Assembly: GCA_018262095.1 (NCBI GenBank)
Contig: JAGTRW010000012.1
Location: forward strand, 82,436 to 146,435
DNA length: 64,000 bases
Source: Pseudomonadota bacterium
GTDB lineage: Bacteria; Pseudomonadota; Gammaproteobacteria; Burkholderiales; Rhodocyclaceae
Direction: 5' to 3'
Below, one piece after another: positions 30,494 through 42,060 of this stretch; the first letter of the stretch is position 1; each line of letters starts with the position of its first letter. Position numbers and translations under genes: made by a program. Below the pieces are notes generated by a model, which was not told where the DNA came from, did not search any database, and was given only the letters and a program-made list of their open reading frames with translations.

Positions 30494-33400
30494 TCACGAC
30501 GCCGTGGCGTTACGAATTCGCTGCGTCAGCAAGTCAAGTTCGGCGATCACTGCATTGGCGCATTCGCCGATCGTCGCCTGGTCGGCTGCGCCGTGAAGCG
30601 CCGACTGCAAGCGCTGCGCCGCCTCGCTCAGGGCGCTGGCGCCGACGTTGCCGGCGGCGCCGACCAAGGCGTGCGTCAGTTGCCCGACGCGCTCGATGTC
30701 GTTGGCCGCCAGCGCCGCGGCCAGCGCTTGGCCGTTGTCGCCGTGGCCGTCGGCGAAAAGCGTCAGCAGGCGCAGGTATTTTTCGTGATTGCCGCGCACC
30801 AGCGTCAGGCCGCGCTTGACGTCGAGTCCGGGAATCGCCGCCAGCGCGGCTCGCCAGTCTGCCGGTTGGCCGGCTTGAGCGGCGGCGCTGGGCGTTGCGT
30901 CGGGGCAGTCCACCAGCGACGAGCGCTCGCTCGGCAGCCACTTGAGCAGTGTCGCGTAGAGCACGCCGGGATCGACCGGTTTGGCGACAAAATCGTTCAT
31001 TCCCGCGGCGCGGCAGGCGCGCTGATCCTCTTCGAAGGCGTTGGCGGTCATCGCCAGGATCGGCGTTTGCGCGCGGCCGGGCAGCGCGCGGATCGCGCGC
31101 GCGGCCTCGAGTCCGTTCATCAGCGGCATCTGGATGTCCATCAGGATCAGCTGGTAGTCGCGGGCCCGCGCCTGGTCGACGGCCTCGATACCGTCGCTGG
31201 CGACGTCGACCGCGAGGCCTGCGCCGTGCAGCAGTTCGAGCGCGACTTCGCGGTTGATCGCGTTGTCTTCGGCGAGCAGCACCAACGCGCCGCCATGCTG
31301 GCGCCGCAGCTCGGCCTCGGCGTCGGGCGTGCCGTCGGGCGTCGCCTGCGGCATGATGCCGCGGCCGCGCCCCAGGCGCGCGGTGAACCAGAAGGTGCTG
31401 CCTTTCCCCGGTTCGCTGTCGACGCCGGCCTCGCCACCCATCAGTTGGGCGAGGTGGCGGGTAATTGCCAGTCCCAGACCGGTACCGCCGAACTTGCGGG
31501 TGGTCGATGCGTCGGCTTGCTCGAAGACCTTGAACAGGCCGGCGGCCTGCTCGGCGCTGATGCCGATGCCGGTGTCGGCGACCTCGAAACGAACGACGAT
31601 CTCGTCGCCGTTCTCGGCAAGCAGCAGCGCGCGCAGCGCGATCGACCCGTGCTCGGTGAATTTGATCGCGTTGCTGGTGTAGTTGAAGAGCGCCTGGCGC
31701 AGCCGCGTCGGGTCGCCGCGCAGCCAAATCGGCACGCCGTCGGGATCAATCTCGATCGCCAGTCCCTTGGCCTGCGCCTGGTCGGAAATCAGCGAACGCA
31801 CATGGTCGAGAACGGCGTTGAGCGAAAAATTGGTGTGCTCGAGTTGCAGCTTGCCGGCCTCGATCTTGGAAATGTCGAGGATGTCGTTGATGATCGACAG
31901 CAGGTGGTTGCCGGCGGTTTCGATCTTGGCCAGCCGCTCGGCCTGCTGCGGCATCGGCTGACTGCGGCGCAGCAGATGGGTCAGGCCGATGATGGCGTTC
32001 ATCGGCGTGCGGATCTCGTGGCTCATATTGGCCAGAAAGCTGCTCTTGGCGAGGCTCGCGGTCTCGGCCGCGTCCTTGGCCTGGCGCAGCATCTGTTCGG
32101 TCTGTTGGCGCGCTCTGATGTCGGTGACGAAGCTGATGAAGCGGTTGGGCAGCTCGCCGCTCGCCGGTTGGTAATAGAAAGTCACCTCGATCGGAATCAG
32201 GCGGCCGTCGCGATGACGCTCGGCCGTCGTGATCGTCGCCGAACCTTGTTCGCGCAGCGCCTGCGTGCGCTGCCGGAAATCGGCCGCGGCAAAACTCGGG
32301 TCGATGTCGGCGACGCAAAGCGCGGTCAGTTCGTCGGGGTGGTAGCCGATCAGCCGCGCGGCGTACTCGTTGACGTAGAGGATGCGTCCGCTGTCGGCGT
32401 CGATCCAGTGGATACCGATTCCGGCGCGATCCATGGCGAACTGCGTTTCGGCCAGATGCAGCGATTTTTGCTGCAGTTCGGCGGTGCGCGCTTCGACCAG
32501 GTGCTCGAGCTGCTGCTGCGATTTTTCAAGCTCGGTCTCGATGCGCTTGCGTTCGCTGATGTCGCGCGATACGCCGAGCACCCCGATGATCGTCCCGTCA
32601 CCGTCGTACATCGGCGACTTGCTGGTTTCGAACAGGCCGCGGTAGCCGCCGACCGCGAAGTTGAGCCATTCCTCGTTGCGCAGCGGCCGGCCCGCGGCCA
32701 TCGCCGCACGATCGTGGTCGCGGAAGAAATCGGCGAGCGTTTCGTCGACGAAGTCGTAATCGGTACGGCCGACGATTTCGTCCTCCTTGGCGCCGAACAA
32801 ACGCTCGAATTCGGGGTTGCACGACAGATAGACGCCATCGACGTCCTTGAGCCAGACCAGGTCGGGAATGGTCGTGACCAGCGCTTTGAGCCGCGCGCGC
32901 TCGAGTTCGAGCTGACGGAACGGCGCCTGAACGCCGGCGACGAACAGCGCGCGATAGATCATCAGGTAGGCGATCGCCTTATAGACGTGACCGAGCAGAT
33001 TGAAGACGTCGGTGGGCTCGGCGTAGAGCGTCAGGAACAGCTCGGCGAGCGCCTGAACCCACGCCGCCGTGGCGAGCCAGAGCAGATCGCCGTTGTCCGT
33101 GCGGCGCGCCTGACGATAGAGCAGCAACGCGGCGATCGCGTAAAGTCCGGCGAGCAGGTACTCGCTGCCGATCTTGAACGAGGTCAGTCCTTCGCCGGCG
33201 ACGAAGGTGCGCGGCAGCCAGTCGACATGGACGAGCCCCAGCCAGTAAACGCTGGCGGAAAGCGCCAGCGCGGCGGCCAGGCTGGCGTAGCACGACGCTG
33301 CCGACCAGCGTCGCGCCGGCAGCAGCGCGACCGCGAGCAGCGCAACAGCGACGACCAGCCGTCCGGCGAGCCAGAAATTGATCGCTTTTTCCGTCCCGCT

Positions 33401-33745
33401 CTCGGTGACCAGCGTCGGCATTCCGGCGTACGACAGGATGTGCGCGAAATCGATCAGCGCCACGGCGAGAAAAGCGGCGCCGAGAATTACCAAGTGGTTG
33501 TTCTTTTCCCGGCTTCTGAAATTCCACGCCAGTGAAAAAACCATCGCCGAGACGACGATGGCGATGAATTCGCAGAAGGTATGCAGCGGCAGGTAGCTTT
33601 GCTGTGCGGCGAAAAAGCGGGTCGCCGGCAGCAACTCGCCGAGCACCAGCAGCAGCGTCAGGATCACCGCCCAGCAGGCCTGCGCCAAGGCGTATCGGGG
33701 TACGCCCGGTGGACTTGGCAAGCGGCTGGGCTGCTCGTTCTTCAT
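30494..33745 (-). CDS. Hybrid sensor histidine kinase (MASE3, 2 PAS, HisKA, HATPase, REC, Hpt)
   Basis: MASE3 motifs [19 protein letters not shown]; [14 protein letters not shown]; LILMDIQMP; THALVG Hpt. Confidence 0.92.
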   Translation of the reverse strand: MKNEQPSRLPSPPGVPRYALAQACWAVILTLLLVLGELLPATRFFAAQQSYLPLHTFCEFIAIVVSAMVFSLAWNFRSREKNNHLVILGAAFLAVALIDFAHILSYAGMPTLVTESGTEKAINFWLAGRLVVAVALLAVALLPARRWSAASCYASLAAALALSASVYWLGLVHVDWLPRTFVAGEGLTSFKIGSEYLLAGLYAIAALLLYRQARRTDNGDLLWLATAAWVQALAELFLTLYAEPTDVFNLLGHVYKAIAYLMIYRALFVAGVQAPFRQLELERARLKALVTTIPDLVWLKDVDGVYLSCNPEFERLFGAKEDEIVGRTDYDFVDETLADFFRDHDRAAMAAGRPLRNEEWLNFAVGGYRGLFETSKSPMYDGDGTIIGVLGVSRDISERKRIETELEKSQQQLEHLVEARTAELQQKSLHLAETQFAMDRAGIGIHWIDADSGRILYVNEYAARLIGYHPDELTALCVADIDPSFAAADFRQRTQALREQGSATITTAERHRDGRLIPIEVTFYYQPASGELPNRFISFVTDIRARQQTEQMLRQAKDAAETASLAKSSFLANMSHEIRTPMNAIIGLTHLLRRSQPMPQQAERLAKIETAGNHLLSIINDILDISKIEAGKLQLEHTNFSLNAVLDHVRSLISDQAQAKGLAIEIDPDGVPIWLRGDPTRLRQALFNYTSNAIKFTEHGSIALRALLLAENGDEIVVRFEVADTGIGISAEQAAGLFKVFEQADASTTRKFGGTGLGLAITRHLAQLMGGEAGVDSEPGKGSTFWFTARLGRGRGIMPQATPDGTPDAEAELRRQHGGALVLLAEDNAINREVALELLHGAGLAVDVASDGIEAVDQARARDYQLILMDIQMPLMNGLEAARAIRALPGRAQTPILAMTANAFEEDQRACRAAGMNDFVAKPVDPGVLYATLLKWLPSERSSLVDCPDATPSAAAQAGQPADWRAALAAIPGLDVKRGLTLVRGNHEKYLRLLTLFADGHGDNGQALAAALAANDIERVGQLTHALVGAAGNVGASALSEAAQRLQSALHGAADQATIGECANAVIAELDLLTQRIRNATAS

Positions 33746-33829
33746 GTGATGCCCCGGTTGAGTTTGGTCGATTGTAGTGCGCAAGACGCCGCGCGAACAA
33801 GCGATCTTCGCCGCAGACCGGGGCTGGGC

Positions 33830-34705
33830 TTAGTGCACCGACGGCGGGGTCGCCGGCGTGTGGCTGAACAGCTCGTCGATCTGCGCCTTGTCGAAGCGGT
33901 ATTCGCGGTTGGCGAGGTCGTCGCGGATGACGATCTCGCCGCGCTCCTTGATCGCCGCATAGACTTCCTCGCGGCCGAGCGAGAGCAGCATGGTGCCGAC
34001 TTTTTCCCGGTTTTCGGGGCAGATGTTGGTGACTTCGCGCGCCGCAAACAGGCGAACGGTCTCCTCGGCGAAGAGCCGCGTCAGCAGCGCTTCGGCAGGC
34101 AGTTCGAGCAGCTCGTCGGGCTTGACGGTGGCGGCCAGCGCCTCGATTCGCGTCCAGCCGTCAGCGTCGCGCGCATCGGCGCCCGGCATTTTCTGGATGA
34201 AGAGACCCGCGGCTCCCTCGGGGGTCGCCGCCAGGAAGAGGCGCGAAGCGAGTTGCTCGGATTGCGCCAGGTGGTGCTCGAAGACTTCGGCGATGCTGTT
34301 GCCGGTGATCGGGACGATGCTCTGGTACGGTTCGCGCATCGACGGAGAATCGAGCGAGATCAAGAGCTGGCCGTCGCCGAGCAGCGCCTGTAGCGGTGCC
34401 TCGTCGTCGACCTTCTCGTCGTGCTGCGCCATGCAGCGGATGTTGAGCGCCTCGTTGCAGTCGATCACCAGCAGCGGGATCGGTCCGTCGCCGCGCAGCT
34501 GGATGGTCAGCCGGCCCGCTTGCTTGAGGTTGTCGGCAAGCAGCAGCGTCGTCGCGCTCATCTGGCCGAGCAGGCCAATCACCACCTGCGGGTAGTCGCG
34601 ATCGGTCAGCAGTTGTTGCCAGACCGGGCCGAGGCGCACCAGCGCGCCGCGGATGTCGAGGTCGTCGAGCAGAAAGCGTTGGACGTAATCGTTGTTCTCG
34701 CTCAT
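33830..34705 (-). CDS. hslO: Hsp33 family chaperone, atypical C-terminus
   Basis: RFLLDDLDIRG, QLRGDGP, YQSIVP, AAGLFIQKMP; zinc-binding Cys motif largely absent. Confidence 0.88.
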   Translation of the reverse strand: MSENNDYVQRFLLDDLDIRGALVRLGPVWQQLLTDRDYPQVVIGLLGQMSATTLLLADNLKQAGRLTIQLRGDGPIPLLVIDCNEALNIRCMAQHDEKVDDEAPLQALLGDGQLLISLDSPSMREPYQSIVPITGNSIAEVFEHHLAQSEQLASRLFLAATPEGAAGLFIQKMPGADARDADGWTRIEALAATVKPDELLELPAEALLTRLFAEETVRLFAAREVTNICPENREKVGTMLLSLGREEVYAAIKERGEIVIRDDLANREYRFDKAQIDELFSHTPATPPSVH

Positions 34706-35055
34706 CGGCGTTCCTCTGCCCACTGCGCGTAGCGCTGTTCGTCGAAGCCGATGAGCAGCGTGGCGCCGTCGTCGACAACGGGGCGCTTGATCAGCGTCGG
34801 ATAGTCGGCCATCAGCGCCAGCGCCTTGGCCTCGTCGATGTCGGCGCGCTCGTCGTCGGACAGCCGCTTCCACATCATGCCGCGGGTGTTGAGCAGTTTC
34901 TGCCAGCCGGCGCGCGCGTTCCAGTCGGGCAGATGCTCAGCAGCGACGGCGGCCTTCTTGTAGTCGACCAACTCGTAATCGATATGATTGCTTTCGAGCC
35001 AGGCGAAGGCCTTCTTCATGGTGTCGCAATTTTTTATGCCATAGACCTTGAGCAT
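34702..35055 (-). CDS. ArsC/Spx (YffB-like) family protein
   Basis: YGIKNCDTMKKA, LLNTRG, PTLIKRPV. Confidence 0.9.
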   Translation of the reverse strand: MLKVYGIKNCDTMKKAFAWLESNHIDYELVDYKKAAVAAEHLPDWNARAGWQKLLNTRGMMWKRLSDDERADIDEAKALALMADYPTLIKRPVVDDGATLLIGFDEQRYAQWAEERR

Positions 35056-35063
35056 GGTTTCTT

Positions 35064-37379
35064 TCAGCGCTTGAGTTTGGCGAAGGCGCTGGCCATCGCG
35101 CCGGCCGGCTCGGGCTGGCGCGTCTGCTGCGCGCGCGCCTTGTGGGTCAATGGCGCGCCGCCCATTTTCGGCGCCGCGGGCGTATCGTCCGTGAGCCTCA
35201 TGGTGAGCGCAATTCGCTTGCGCAGCAAGTCGACCTCGACGACCTTGACGCGAACCACGTCGCCGGCCTTGACGACTTCGCGCGGATCCTTGACGAACTT
35301 GTTGGAGAGCACCGAGATGTGCACCAGCCCGTCCTGATGAACGCCGATATCGACGAAGGCGCCGAAGTTGGCGACGTTGGTCACCACGCCTTCGAGGATC
35401 ATTCCCGGCTGCAGATCCTTGACCTCTTCGATGCCGTCCTTGAAGACTGCGGTCTTGAACTCGGGGCGCGGGTCGCGGCCCGGCTTTTCGAGCTCCTTGA
35501 GGATGTCGCAGACGGTCGGCAGACCGAAGGTCGCGTCGGTATATTTGCTCGCTTCGAGCGACCGGACCAGGCGCGTGTCGCCGATCAGCTCGCCGATTCC
35601 CTTCTTGATGTCGGCGAGGATTCGCTCGACCAGCGGGTACGCTTCGGGGTGCACCGACGAGCCGTCGAGCGGGTTGTCGGAACCGTTGATGCGCAAAAAT
35701 CCCGCGGCCTGCTCGAAGGTCTTGTCGCCGAGGCGTGGTACGTCGCGCAGCGCCTTGCGGTTGGCGAAGGCGCCGTGTTTGTCGCGGTGCGCGACGATGT
35801 TCGCGGCGAGCGTGCTGTTGAGGCCCGAAACGCGCGTCAGCAGCGGGATCGACGCGGTGTTGACGTCGACGCCGACGGCATTGACGCAGTCCTCGACGAC
35901 GCCGTCGAGCGCGCGCGCCAGCTTGGTCTGGCTGACGTCGTGCTGGTATTGGCCGACGCCGATCGACTTGGGGTCGATCTTGACGAGTTCGGCGAGCGGA
36001 TCCTGCAAGCGGCGCGCAATCGACACCGCGCCGCGCAGGCTGACGTCGAGATCGGGAAATTCGCGCGACGCGTATTCGGACGCCGAATAGACCGAAGCGC
36101 CGGCTTCCGAGACGACGACCTTGCTCATGTGCAGTTCTGGCGCGAGTTTGATCAGGTCGGCGGCGAGCTTGTCGGTCTCGCGCGACGCCGTGCCGTTGCC
36201 GATGCTGATCAAGTCGACGTGGTGCTTCCTGGCCAGCATGGCCAGCGTGTGCAGCGACCCGTCCCAGTCGCGGCGCGGCTCGTGCGGATAGATGGTGGCA
36301 GTGTCGAGCACCTTGCCGGTGGCGTCGACCACCGCCACCTTGACGCCGGTGCGCAGCCCCGGGTCGAGTCCGAGCGTTGCGCGCTGTCCGGCCGGCGCGG
36401 CGAGCAGCAGATCGTGCAGGTTCGATCCGAAGACGCGGATCGCCTCGACTTCGGCGCGTTCGCGCAAGGCGTTCATGAGGTCGAGTTCGAGGTGCAGGAA
36501 GACCTTGACTCGCCAGGTCCAGCGCACCGTGTCGGCGAGCCACTTGTCGGCCGGCCGGCCCTGGTCGGCAATTCCGAAGCGCTTGGCGATGCGTGCTTCG
36601 CACGGGTTGTGGCCGACCGGCTTGGTCGCCTGGTCGAGTTCGGAGTCGAGCACCAGCGCGACCTGCAGCATCCCTTCGTTGCGTCCGCGCAGCAGCGCCA
36701 GCGCGCGGTGCGACGGAATGACGTTGATCGCTTCCGAGTAGTCGAAGTAGTCGCGGAACTTGGCGCCGTCGATTTCCTTGCCTTCGATCAGCGTCGATTT
36801 GACCATGCCGTGCTCTTCGAGATAGTCGCGCAGCTTGCCGAGCAGCGCGGCGTCTTCCGAGAACTGCTCCATCAGGATCTGGCGAGCGCCGTCGAGCACC
36901 GCTTTGACGTCGGCAAACCCTGCCTCGGCGTTGATGAAGCGTTCGGCTTCGACCTCGGGCGTCAGCGTCGGGTCGGCGAGCAGCGCCTCGGCGAGCGGCG
37001 CGAGGCCCGCTTCGCGAGCGATCTGCGCCTTGGTGCGGCGCTTTTGCTTATACGGCAGGTAAAGGTCCTCGAGACCCTGTTTCGTTTCCGCGGCGTTGAT
37101 TTCGCGCGCGAGTTCAGGCGTCAGTTTGCCTTGCTCATCGATCGAAGCGACGATGGCTGCGCGGCGTTCTTCGAGTTCGCGCAGGTAGATCAGGCGCTCG
37201 TCGAGCAGGCGCAGCTGGATGTCGTCGAGGCCGCCGGTGACTTCCTTGCGGTAGCGCGCGATGAACGGCACGGTCGCGCCTTCGTCGAGCAGCGCACAGG
37301 CGGCGATCACCTGCTCGGTGCGCGCGCCGATGTCTTCAGCGATTTTTAGGGTGATGCGTTGTTCAACGAGTGATGCCAT
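35064..37379 (-). CDS. tex: Tex family RNA-binding transcriptional accessory protein
   Basis: [44 protein letters not shown]-terminal S1 domain. Confidence 0.96.
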   Translation of the reverse strand: MASLVEQRITLKIAEDIGARTEQVIAACALLDEGATVPFIARYRKEVTGGLDDIQLRLLDERLIYLRELEERRAAIVASIDEQGKLTPELAREINAAETKQGLEDLYLPYKQKRRTKAQIAREAGLAPLAEALLADPTLTPEVEAERFINAEAGFADVKAVLDGARQILMEQFSEDAALLGKLRDYLEEHGMVKSTLIEGKEIDGAKFRDYFDYSEAINVIPSHRALALLRGRNEGMLQVALVLDSELDQATKPVGHNPCEARIAKRFGIADQGRPADKWLADTVRWTWRVKVFLHLELDLMNALRERAEVEAIRVFGSNLHDLLLAAPAGQRATLGLDPGLRTGVKVAVVDATGKVLDTATIYPHEPRRDWDGSLHTLAMLARKHHVDLISIGNGTASRETDKLAADLIKLAPELHMSKVVVSEAGASVYSASEYASREFPDLDVSLRGAVSIARRLQDPLAELVKIDPKSIGVGQYQHDVSQTKLARALDGVVEDCVNAVGVDVNTASIPLLTRVSGLNSTLAANIVAHRDKHGAFANRKALRDVPRLGDKTFEQAAGFLRINGSDNPLDGSSVHPEAYPLVERILADIKKGIGELIGDTRLVRSLEASKYTDATFGLPTVCDILKELEKPGRDPRPEFKTAVFKDGIEEVKDLQPGMILEGVVTNVANFGAFVDIGVHQDGLVHISVLSNKFVKDPREVVKAGDVVRVKVVEVDLLRKRIALTMRLTDDTPAAPKMGGAPLTHKARAQQTRQPEPAGAMASAFAKLKR

Positions 37380-37542
37380 CAGCAGTCGATCATTCTTCAA
37401 AAAAGGGCGAACTATGCGCAATCGCGAGCGAAAACTCAAGGGCCGCTGCCGATCTGGCGCGCCGCGTGTTGCGGCGCCTATCCGATTAATGTTAAATGTG
37501 ACCATCGCCAATCGGGCGAATGCGACGGTCAGGGAAAACACA

Positions 37543-37980
37543 ATGAAAATTGATATCGAGCGTCTCGGTCTGAAAAATGTTCCGGTCGATCCGGAAACCT
37601 TGTTTAGCTTCCCCGAAGGCATCGCCGGTTTCGAGAACTGCAAGCGCTTCAAGTTGTTCCACGAGGAGGGCCAGTCGGCCGCGCCGACGGTGTTCTGGCT
37701 GCAGTCGGTTGACGATGGCGAGGTGATGTTCCCGATCGTCGCTCCCGAATCGCTCGACATCGAGTATCAGATCGAACTCTCTGACGCCGATTGCGCGCTG
37801 ATCGGCCTGCAGTCCCCCGAAGACGTCGCGGTCGTCCTGGTCGTTTATCGCGACCCGGCCGCCGGCGGAAAAATCGCCGCCAACACGCGTTCGCCGGTGA
37901 TCCTCAATCTCAAGACCCGCCTAGGGATGCAGAAGATCCTGCAGGACGTCCATCCGACGCTGCTTTATCGCGCGCGCTGA
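37543..37980 (+). CDS. fliW: Flagellar assembly factor FliW
   Basis: [29 protein letters not shown]...GMQ. Confidence 0.82.
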   Translation: MKIDIERLGLKNVPVDPETLFSFPEGIAGFENCKRFKLFHEEGQSAAPTVFWLQSVDDGEVMFPIVAPESLDIEYQIELSDADCALIGLQSPEDVAVVLVVYRDPAAGGKIAANTRSPVILNLKTRLGMQKILQDVHPTLLYRAR

Positions 37981-37996
37981 GCGCGGTCAGCGGCGT

Positions 37997-38031
37997 GCCG
38001 GGCCGGTCTTTGACCGTCGTCCGGCTTTTTT
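37997..38031 (+). terminator. Intrinsic terminator after fliW
   Basis: gccgg..cggtc-ttt-gaccg..ccggc followed by T6. Confidence 0.65.
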
Positions 38032-38150
38032 GCGTTGGGTGCTTGCAGTCGATCGGCGAATGCGGCACTCTTCGGCTGCTTTGGTGTTTTTTTTTGCGGT
38101 GCATGCGGTGGGCATCAGCCTGCCGAACCTACTTCAGTTCAGGAGACTCT

Positions 38151-39125
38151 ATGTTGAAGACGCTCGTCGCTGTTGGCGCTGCCTCGGCCATGCTTTTTTG
38201 CGGTTCGGCAGCCTACGCCCAGACCAAGTGGGATATGCCTACGGGTTATCCGGCCGGCAATTTTCACACCGAAAACATTCGCCAGTTTGCCGCCGACATC
38301 GACAAGGCGAGCGCTGGCAAGCTCAAGATCACGGTGCACGACGGCGGTTCGCTGTTCAAGGCCAACGAGATCAAGCGCGCCGTTCAGGGCGGTCAGGCCG
38401 ACATCGGCGAGATCATCATTTCCGGCTTCTCCAACGAAGACCCGATGTTCGCCATCGACGCCATTCCTTTCCTGGCGACCAGCTATCCTGAGGCACTCAA
38501 GCTCGCCAAAGTCTCGAAAGCGGCGATCGACGCCCGCTTCGCCAAGCAGGGCCTGAAGGTGCTCTATAACGTGCCGTGGCCGCCGCAGGGGATCTTCAGC
38601 GCCAAACCGATCAATTCGGCGGCCGACCTCAAGGGCGCCAAGTGGCGCGCCTACAACCCGAATACCAGCCGCATCGCGCAGCTGGTCGGCGCCCAGCCGG
38701 TGACCATCCAGGCCGCCGAGCTGACGCAGGCGCTGGCGACCGGTGCGGTGACGGCGTTCATGACTTCGGGCGCGACCGGCTACGACAGCAAGGTCTGGGA
38801 GCAGGTCAAGTATTACTATGAGGTCAATGCCTGGTTGCCCAAGGACATCGTGATCGTCTCCAAGAAGGCTTTTGACCGCCTCGACAAGCCGACCCAGGAC
38901 ATCGTTCTCAAGGCCGCCGCCGCCGCCGAAACGCGCGGCTGGAAGACCAGCGAGGAAAAGAACGTCTGGTACAAGGAACAACTGGTCAAGAACGGCATGA
39001 AGGTCGAAGCCGGTTCCGAGCAGTTGCGCGCCGACTTCAAGAAGATCGGACTGACGATGATCGCCGACTGGACGACGCAGACCGGCGCCGAGGGCCAGGC
39101 GATCATCGACGCCTTCCGCAAGTAG
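38151..39125 (+). CDS. dctP: TRAP transporter substrate-binding protein DctP
   Basis: aggag RBS, signal peptide, DLKGAKWRAYN, ELTQALATG. Confidence 0.9.
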   Translation: MLKTLVAVGAASAMLFCGSAAYAQTKWDMPTGYPAGNFHTENIRQFAADIDKASAGKLKITVHDGGSLFKANEIKRAVQGGQADIGEIIISGFSNEDPMFAIDAIPFLATSYPEALKLAKVSKAAIDARFAKQGLKVLYNVPWPPQGIFSAKPINSAADLKGAKWRAYNPNTSRIAQLVGAQPVTIQAAELTQALATGAVTAFMTSGATGYDSKVWEQVKYYYEVNAWLPKDIVIVSKKAFDRLDKPTQDIVLKAAAAAETRGWKTSEEKNVWYKEQLVKNGMKVEAGSEQLRADFKKIGLTMIADWTTQTGAEGQAIIDAFRK

Positions 39126-39134
39126 TTTCAACCC

Positions 39135-39161
39135 ATGGGCGCTGCGAGGCGCCCATTTTTT
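39135..39161 (+). terminator. Hairpin/partial terminator between dctP and dctQ
   Basis: Perfect 8-bp stem atgggcgc/gcgcccat followed by a T run. Confidence 0.7.
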
Positions 39162-39174
39162 CAAGGTAAGCTCG

Positions 39175-39693
39175 ATGCGTTCGTTCTTCAATCGCCTGTT
39201 CGATGCCTCAGGTTATCTCGCCGGCCTGTTCATGATCGGCACGCTGCTGACCGTTCTTTCGAGCATTTTCGGGCGTTTCATCCCGCTGCTCGAATTGCAG
39301 GGCGCCGACGCCTACGCCGGGTATTGCATGGCGGCGGCGGCTTTCCTGGCGATGGCTTCGACGCTGCGTCGCGGCGAGCACATCCGCGTCACGCTGATCA
39401 TGAATCGCCTGTCGCCGGGCGCCTACCGCGCGCTCGACATTTTTTGCCACGCTGTGGCACTGGCCGTTAGCGGCGCGCTGGCCTGGTACTCGGTCGGTCT
39501 GGTCGGTCAGTCGTACGCCTTCAACGACATTTCGACCGGCCTCGATGCGACGCCGCTGTGGATCCCGCAGCTCGGCATGGCGGTCGGCAGCACCGTCTTC
39601 GCGCTGGCCTTCGCTGTCGACCTGGTCGATTTGCTCGCCGGACGTAAGGTCCGTGAAGAGCCCAAGGACGGCGAACCGGCGCACATCGAATAA
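39175..39693 (+). CDS. dctQ: TRAP small permease DctQ
   Basis: 4 TM, RRGEHIRVTL motif. Confidence 0.9.
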   Translation: MRSFFNRLFDASGYLAGLFMIGTLLTVLSSIFGRFIPLLELQGADAYAGYCMAAAAFLAMASTLRRGEHIRVTLIMNRLSPGAYRALDIFCHAVALAVSGALAWYSVGLVGQSYAFNDISTGLDATPLWIPQLGMAVGSTVFALAFAVDLVDLLAGRKVREEPKDGEPAHIE

Positions 39694-39735
39694 GGCCTTA
39701 GAAAAAAGCAGCGCCTGAAACTTACCGGACAACCC

Positions 39736-41034
39736 ATGGATCTTTACATTACCGCGTTTCTCATCATCGCGCTGTTCGCCATCCTCGGCAGCGGCGTCTG
39801 GATCGGCCTGGCGCTGACCGGCATCGCTTGGGTCGGCATGCAGCTGTTTACCAGCCGGGTGGTCGGCGACGCGATGGTGATCACCATCTGGGGATCGGCG
39901 TCGTCGTGGACGCTTACCGCGCTGCCGCTGTTCATCTGGATGGGCGAGATCCTGTTTCGCACCAAGCTCTCCGAAGACATGTTCAAGGGGCTGGCGCCCT
40001 GGCTCGACAAGCTGCCGGGGCGGCTGCTGCACACCAACATCATCGGCTGCACGATCTTCGCCGCGGTCTCCGGGTCGTCGGCGGCGACCTGCGCGACGAT
40101 CGGCAAGATGACGCTGCCCGAGCTCAAGAAACGCGGCTATCCGGATTCGATTTCGATCGGCACGCTGGCCGGCGCCGGAACGCTGGGGCTGCTGATCCCG
40201 CCGTCGATCATCATGATCGTCTATGGCGTCACGGCCAACGTCTCGATCGCCAAGTTGTTCATCGCCGGCGTTTTTCCCGGGCTGATCCTGGCCGGACTGT
40301 TCATGGCCTATACGATGGGCTGGGCGCTGCTGCATCCGGACCAGATCCCGCCCGCCGACCAGAATCTGACCTTTGCGCAGAAACTTTACGAATCGCGCCA
40401 CCTGATTCCGGTGGTGACGCTGATCGCCGCGGTGCTCGGCTCGATCTATACCGGGATTGCGACGGCGACCGAGGCGGCGGCGCTGGGCGTCGTCGGCTCG
40501 CTGCTGATCGCCGCGGTGCAGGGCGATCTGACCCGGCAGAATTTCAAAGACAGCCTGATCGGCGGTACCCGGCTCTACTGCATGATCGCGCTGATCCTCG
40601 CCGGTGCTGCCTTTCTGACGCTGTCGATGGGCTATATCGGATTGCCGCGCCACCTCGCCGAGTGGATCATCGGGCTGCAGCTTTCGCCGCTGGCGCTGAT
40701 CGGCGCGCTGATGGTCTTCTTCATCGTCCTCGGCTGCTTCCTCGACGGCATCTCGATGGTCGTGCTGACCATGGGCGTGCTGCTGCCGACGGTCGAAGCC
40801 GCCGGTTTCGACCTGGTCTGGTTCGGCATCTTCGTCGTGCTGGTCGTCGAAATGGCGCAGATCACGCCGCCCGTGGGATTCAATCTGTTCGTGCTGCAGG
40901 GAATGACCAAGAAGGACATCTCGTATATCGCCAGACACGCTTTCCCGCTGTTTGCGCTGATGATCGTGATGGTGCTGCTGATGTACTTCTTTCCGGGAAT
41001 CACCTCTTGGCTGCCGCAGCAGATGGCGGGCTGA
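39736..41034 (+). CDS. dctM: TRAP large permease DctM
   Basis: GTLGLLIPPS, ITPPVGFNLFV. Confidence 0.93.
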   Translation: MDLYITAFLIIALFAILGSGVWIGLALTGIAWVGMQLFTSRVVGDAMVITIWGSASSWTLTALPLFIWMGEILFRTKLSEDMFKGLAPWLDKLPGRLLHTNIIGCTIFAAVSGSSAATCATIGKMTLPELKKRGYPDSISIGTLAGAGTLGLLIPPSIIMIVYGVTANVSIAKLFIAGVFPGLILAGLFMAYTMGWALLHPDQIPPADQNLTFAQKLYESRHLIPVVTLIAAVLGSIYTGIATATEAAALGVVGSLLIAAVQGDLTRQNFKDSLIGGTRLYCMIALILAGAAFLTLSMGYIGLPRHLAEWIIGLQLSPLALIGALMVFFIVLGCFLDGISMVVLTMGVLLPTVEAAGFDLVWFGIFVVLVVEMAQITPPVGFNLFVLQGMTKKDISYIARHAFPLFALMIVMVLLMYFFPGITSWLPQQMAG

Positions 41035-41121
41035 CCCGCGTCAGGCGCGACCAGACGAAATATCAGCGTGTGGCGCGGCGCTTGGAAACTCGATACTTCT
41101 TTTCAAAGTCAGGATTAGGCT

Positions 41122-41946
41122 ATGACTTCAATCAATACGCTGTCGATCGACGCGGCCGGCTTGTCTGCCGCGAGCACCGCTTATCAGGCCCGGCAGGCGA
41201 TCCGTCGCGGTGACTGGGTCAAGCACACCAGCGGGTTGGCGGCGCGCAACGCGCAGGGCAATATCGCGATTTTGCCGGCCGCGCTGGCGAGCGATTTTCT
41301 GCGCTTCTGCCAGCGCAATCCCAAGCCGTGCCCCTTGCTCGCCGTCTCCGAGCCGGGCGATCCGATGCTGCCGACGCTCGGTCAGGACGTCGATATCCGC
41401 ACCGACGTGCCGCTTTACCGCGTCTGGAAAAAAGGCGTGATGGTCGACGAACTGTCCGACATCACGCCGCTCTGGCGCGCCGATCTGGTGACTTTCGTGC
41501 TCGGTTGCTCGTTTTCGTTCGAGCATGCGCTGATCGAGGGCGGAATCGATTTGCGCCACGTCAAGGAAGGCAAGAACGTGGCGATGTACAAGACCAATAT
41601 CCAGACCGTCGCGGCCGGTCCGTTCCACGGTCCGATGGTCGTCTCGATGCGGCCGATGAGCGCGGCCAACGCCATCCGCGCGGTCCAGATCACCGCCCGA
41701 GTTCCCGCCGTTCACGGCGCGCCGGTTCATCTGGGCGACCCCGCGCTGATCGGCATCAGCGACATCAACAAGCCCGATTTCGGCGACGCTGTCGATATTC
41801 TGCCGGGCGAACTGCCGGTCTTCTGGGCCTGCGGCGTGACGCCGCAGGCGGTCGTCATGGCCGTCGAGCCGGAATTTTGCATTACCCATGCGCCCGGTTA
41901 CATGCTGATCACCGACCTGCTCAACAGCGACCTTTCGCTGGCGTAG
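41122..41946 (+). CDS. DUF1445/UPF0317 putative hydro-lyase (YcsI / D-glutamate cyclase-like)
   Basis: [36 protein letters not shown]. Confidence 0.9.
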   Translation: MTSINTLSIDAAGLSAASTAYQARQAIRRGDWVKHTSGLAARNAQGNIAILPAALASDFLRFCQRNPKPCPLLAVSEPGDPMLPTLGQDVDIRTDVPLYRVWKKGVMVDELSDITPLWRADLVTFVLGCSFSFEHALIEGGIDLRHVKEGKNVAMYKTNIQTVAAGPFHGPMVVSMRPMSAANAIRAVQITARVPAVHGAPVHLGDPALIGISDINKPDFGDAVDILPGELPVFWACGVTPQAVVMAVEPEFCITHAPGYMLITDLLNSDLSLA

Positions 41947-42060
41947 AGTGATCCATTCGTCACGCGGGGGAAATACGCTATTCTCTGCTTTCCGGTCGAT
42001 GCCTTCCGGCTTGTTCCGGAATGACCCGTCTTCGTTTGCTTAGCTCCTGTCGATGAAACC

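Noticed and set aside
39694-39735. ccttagaaaaaagcag between dctQ and dctM, resembling the palindrome's outer arm
   Set aside because: About 15 nt of low-complexity similarity with no AACCAC/9-mer arms.
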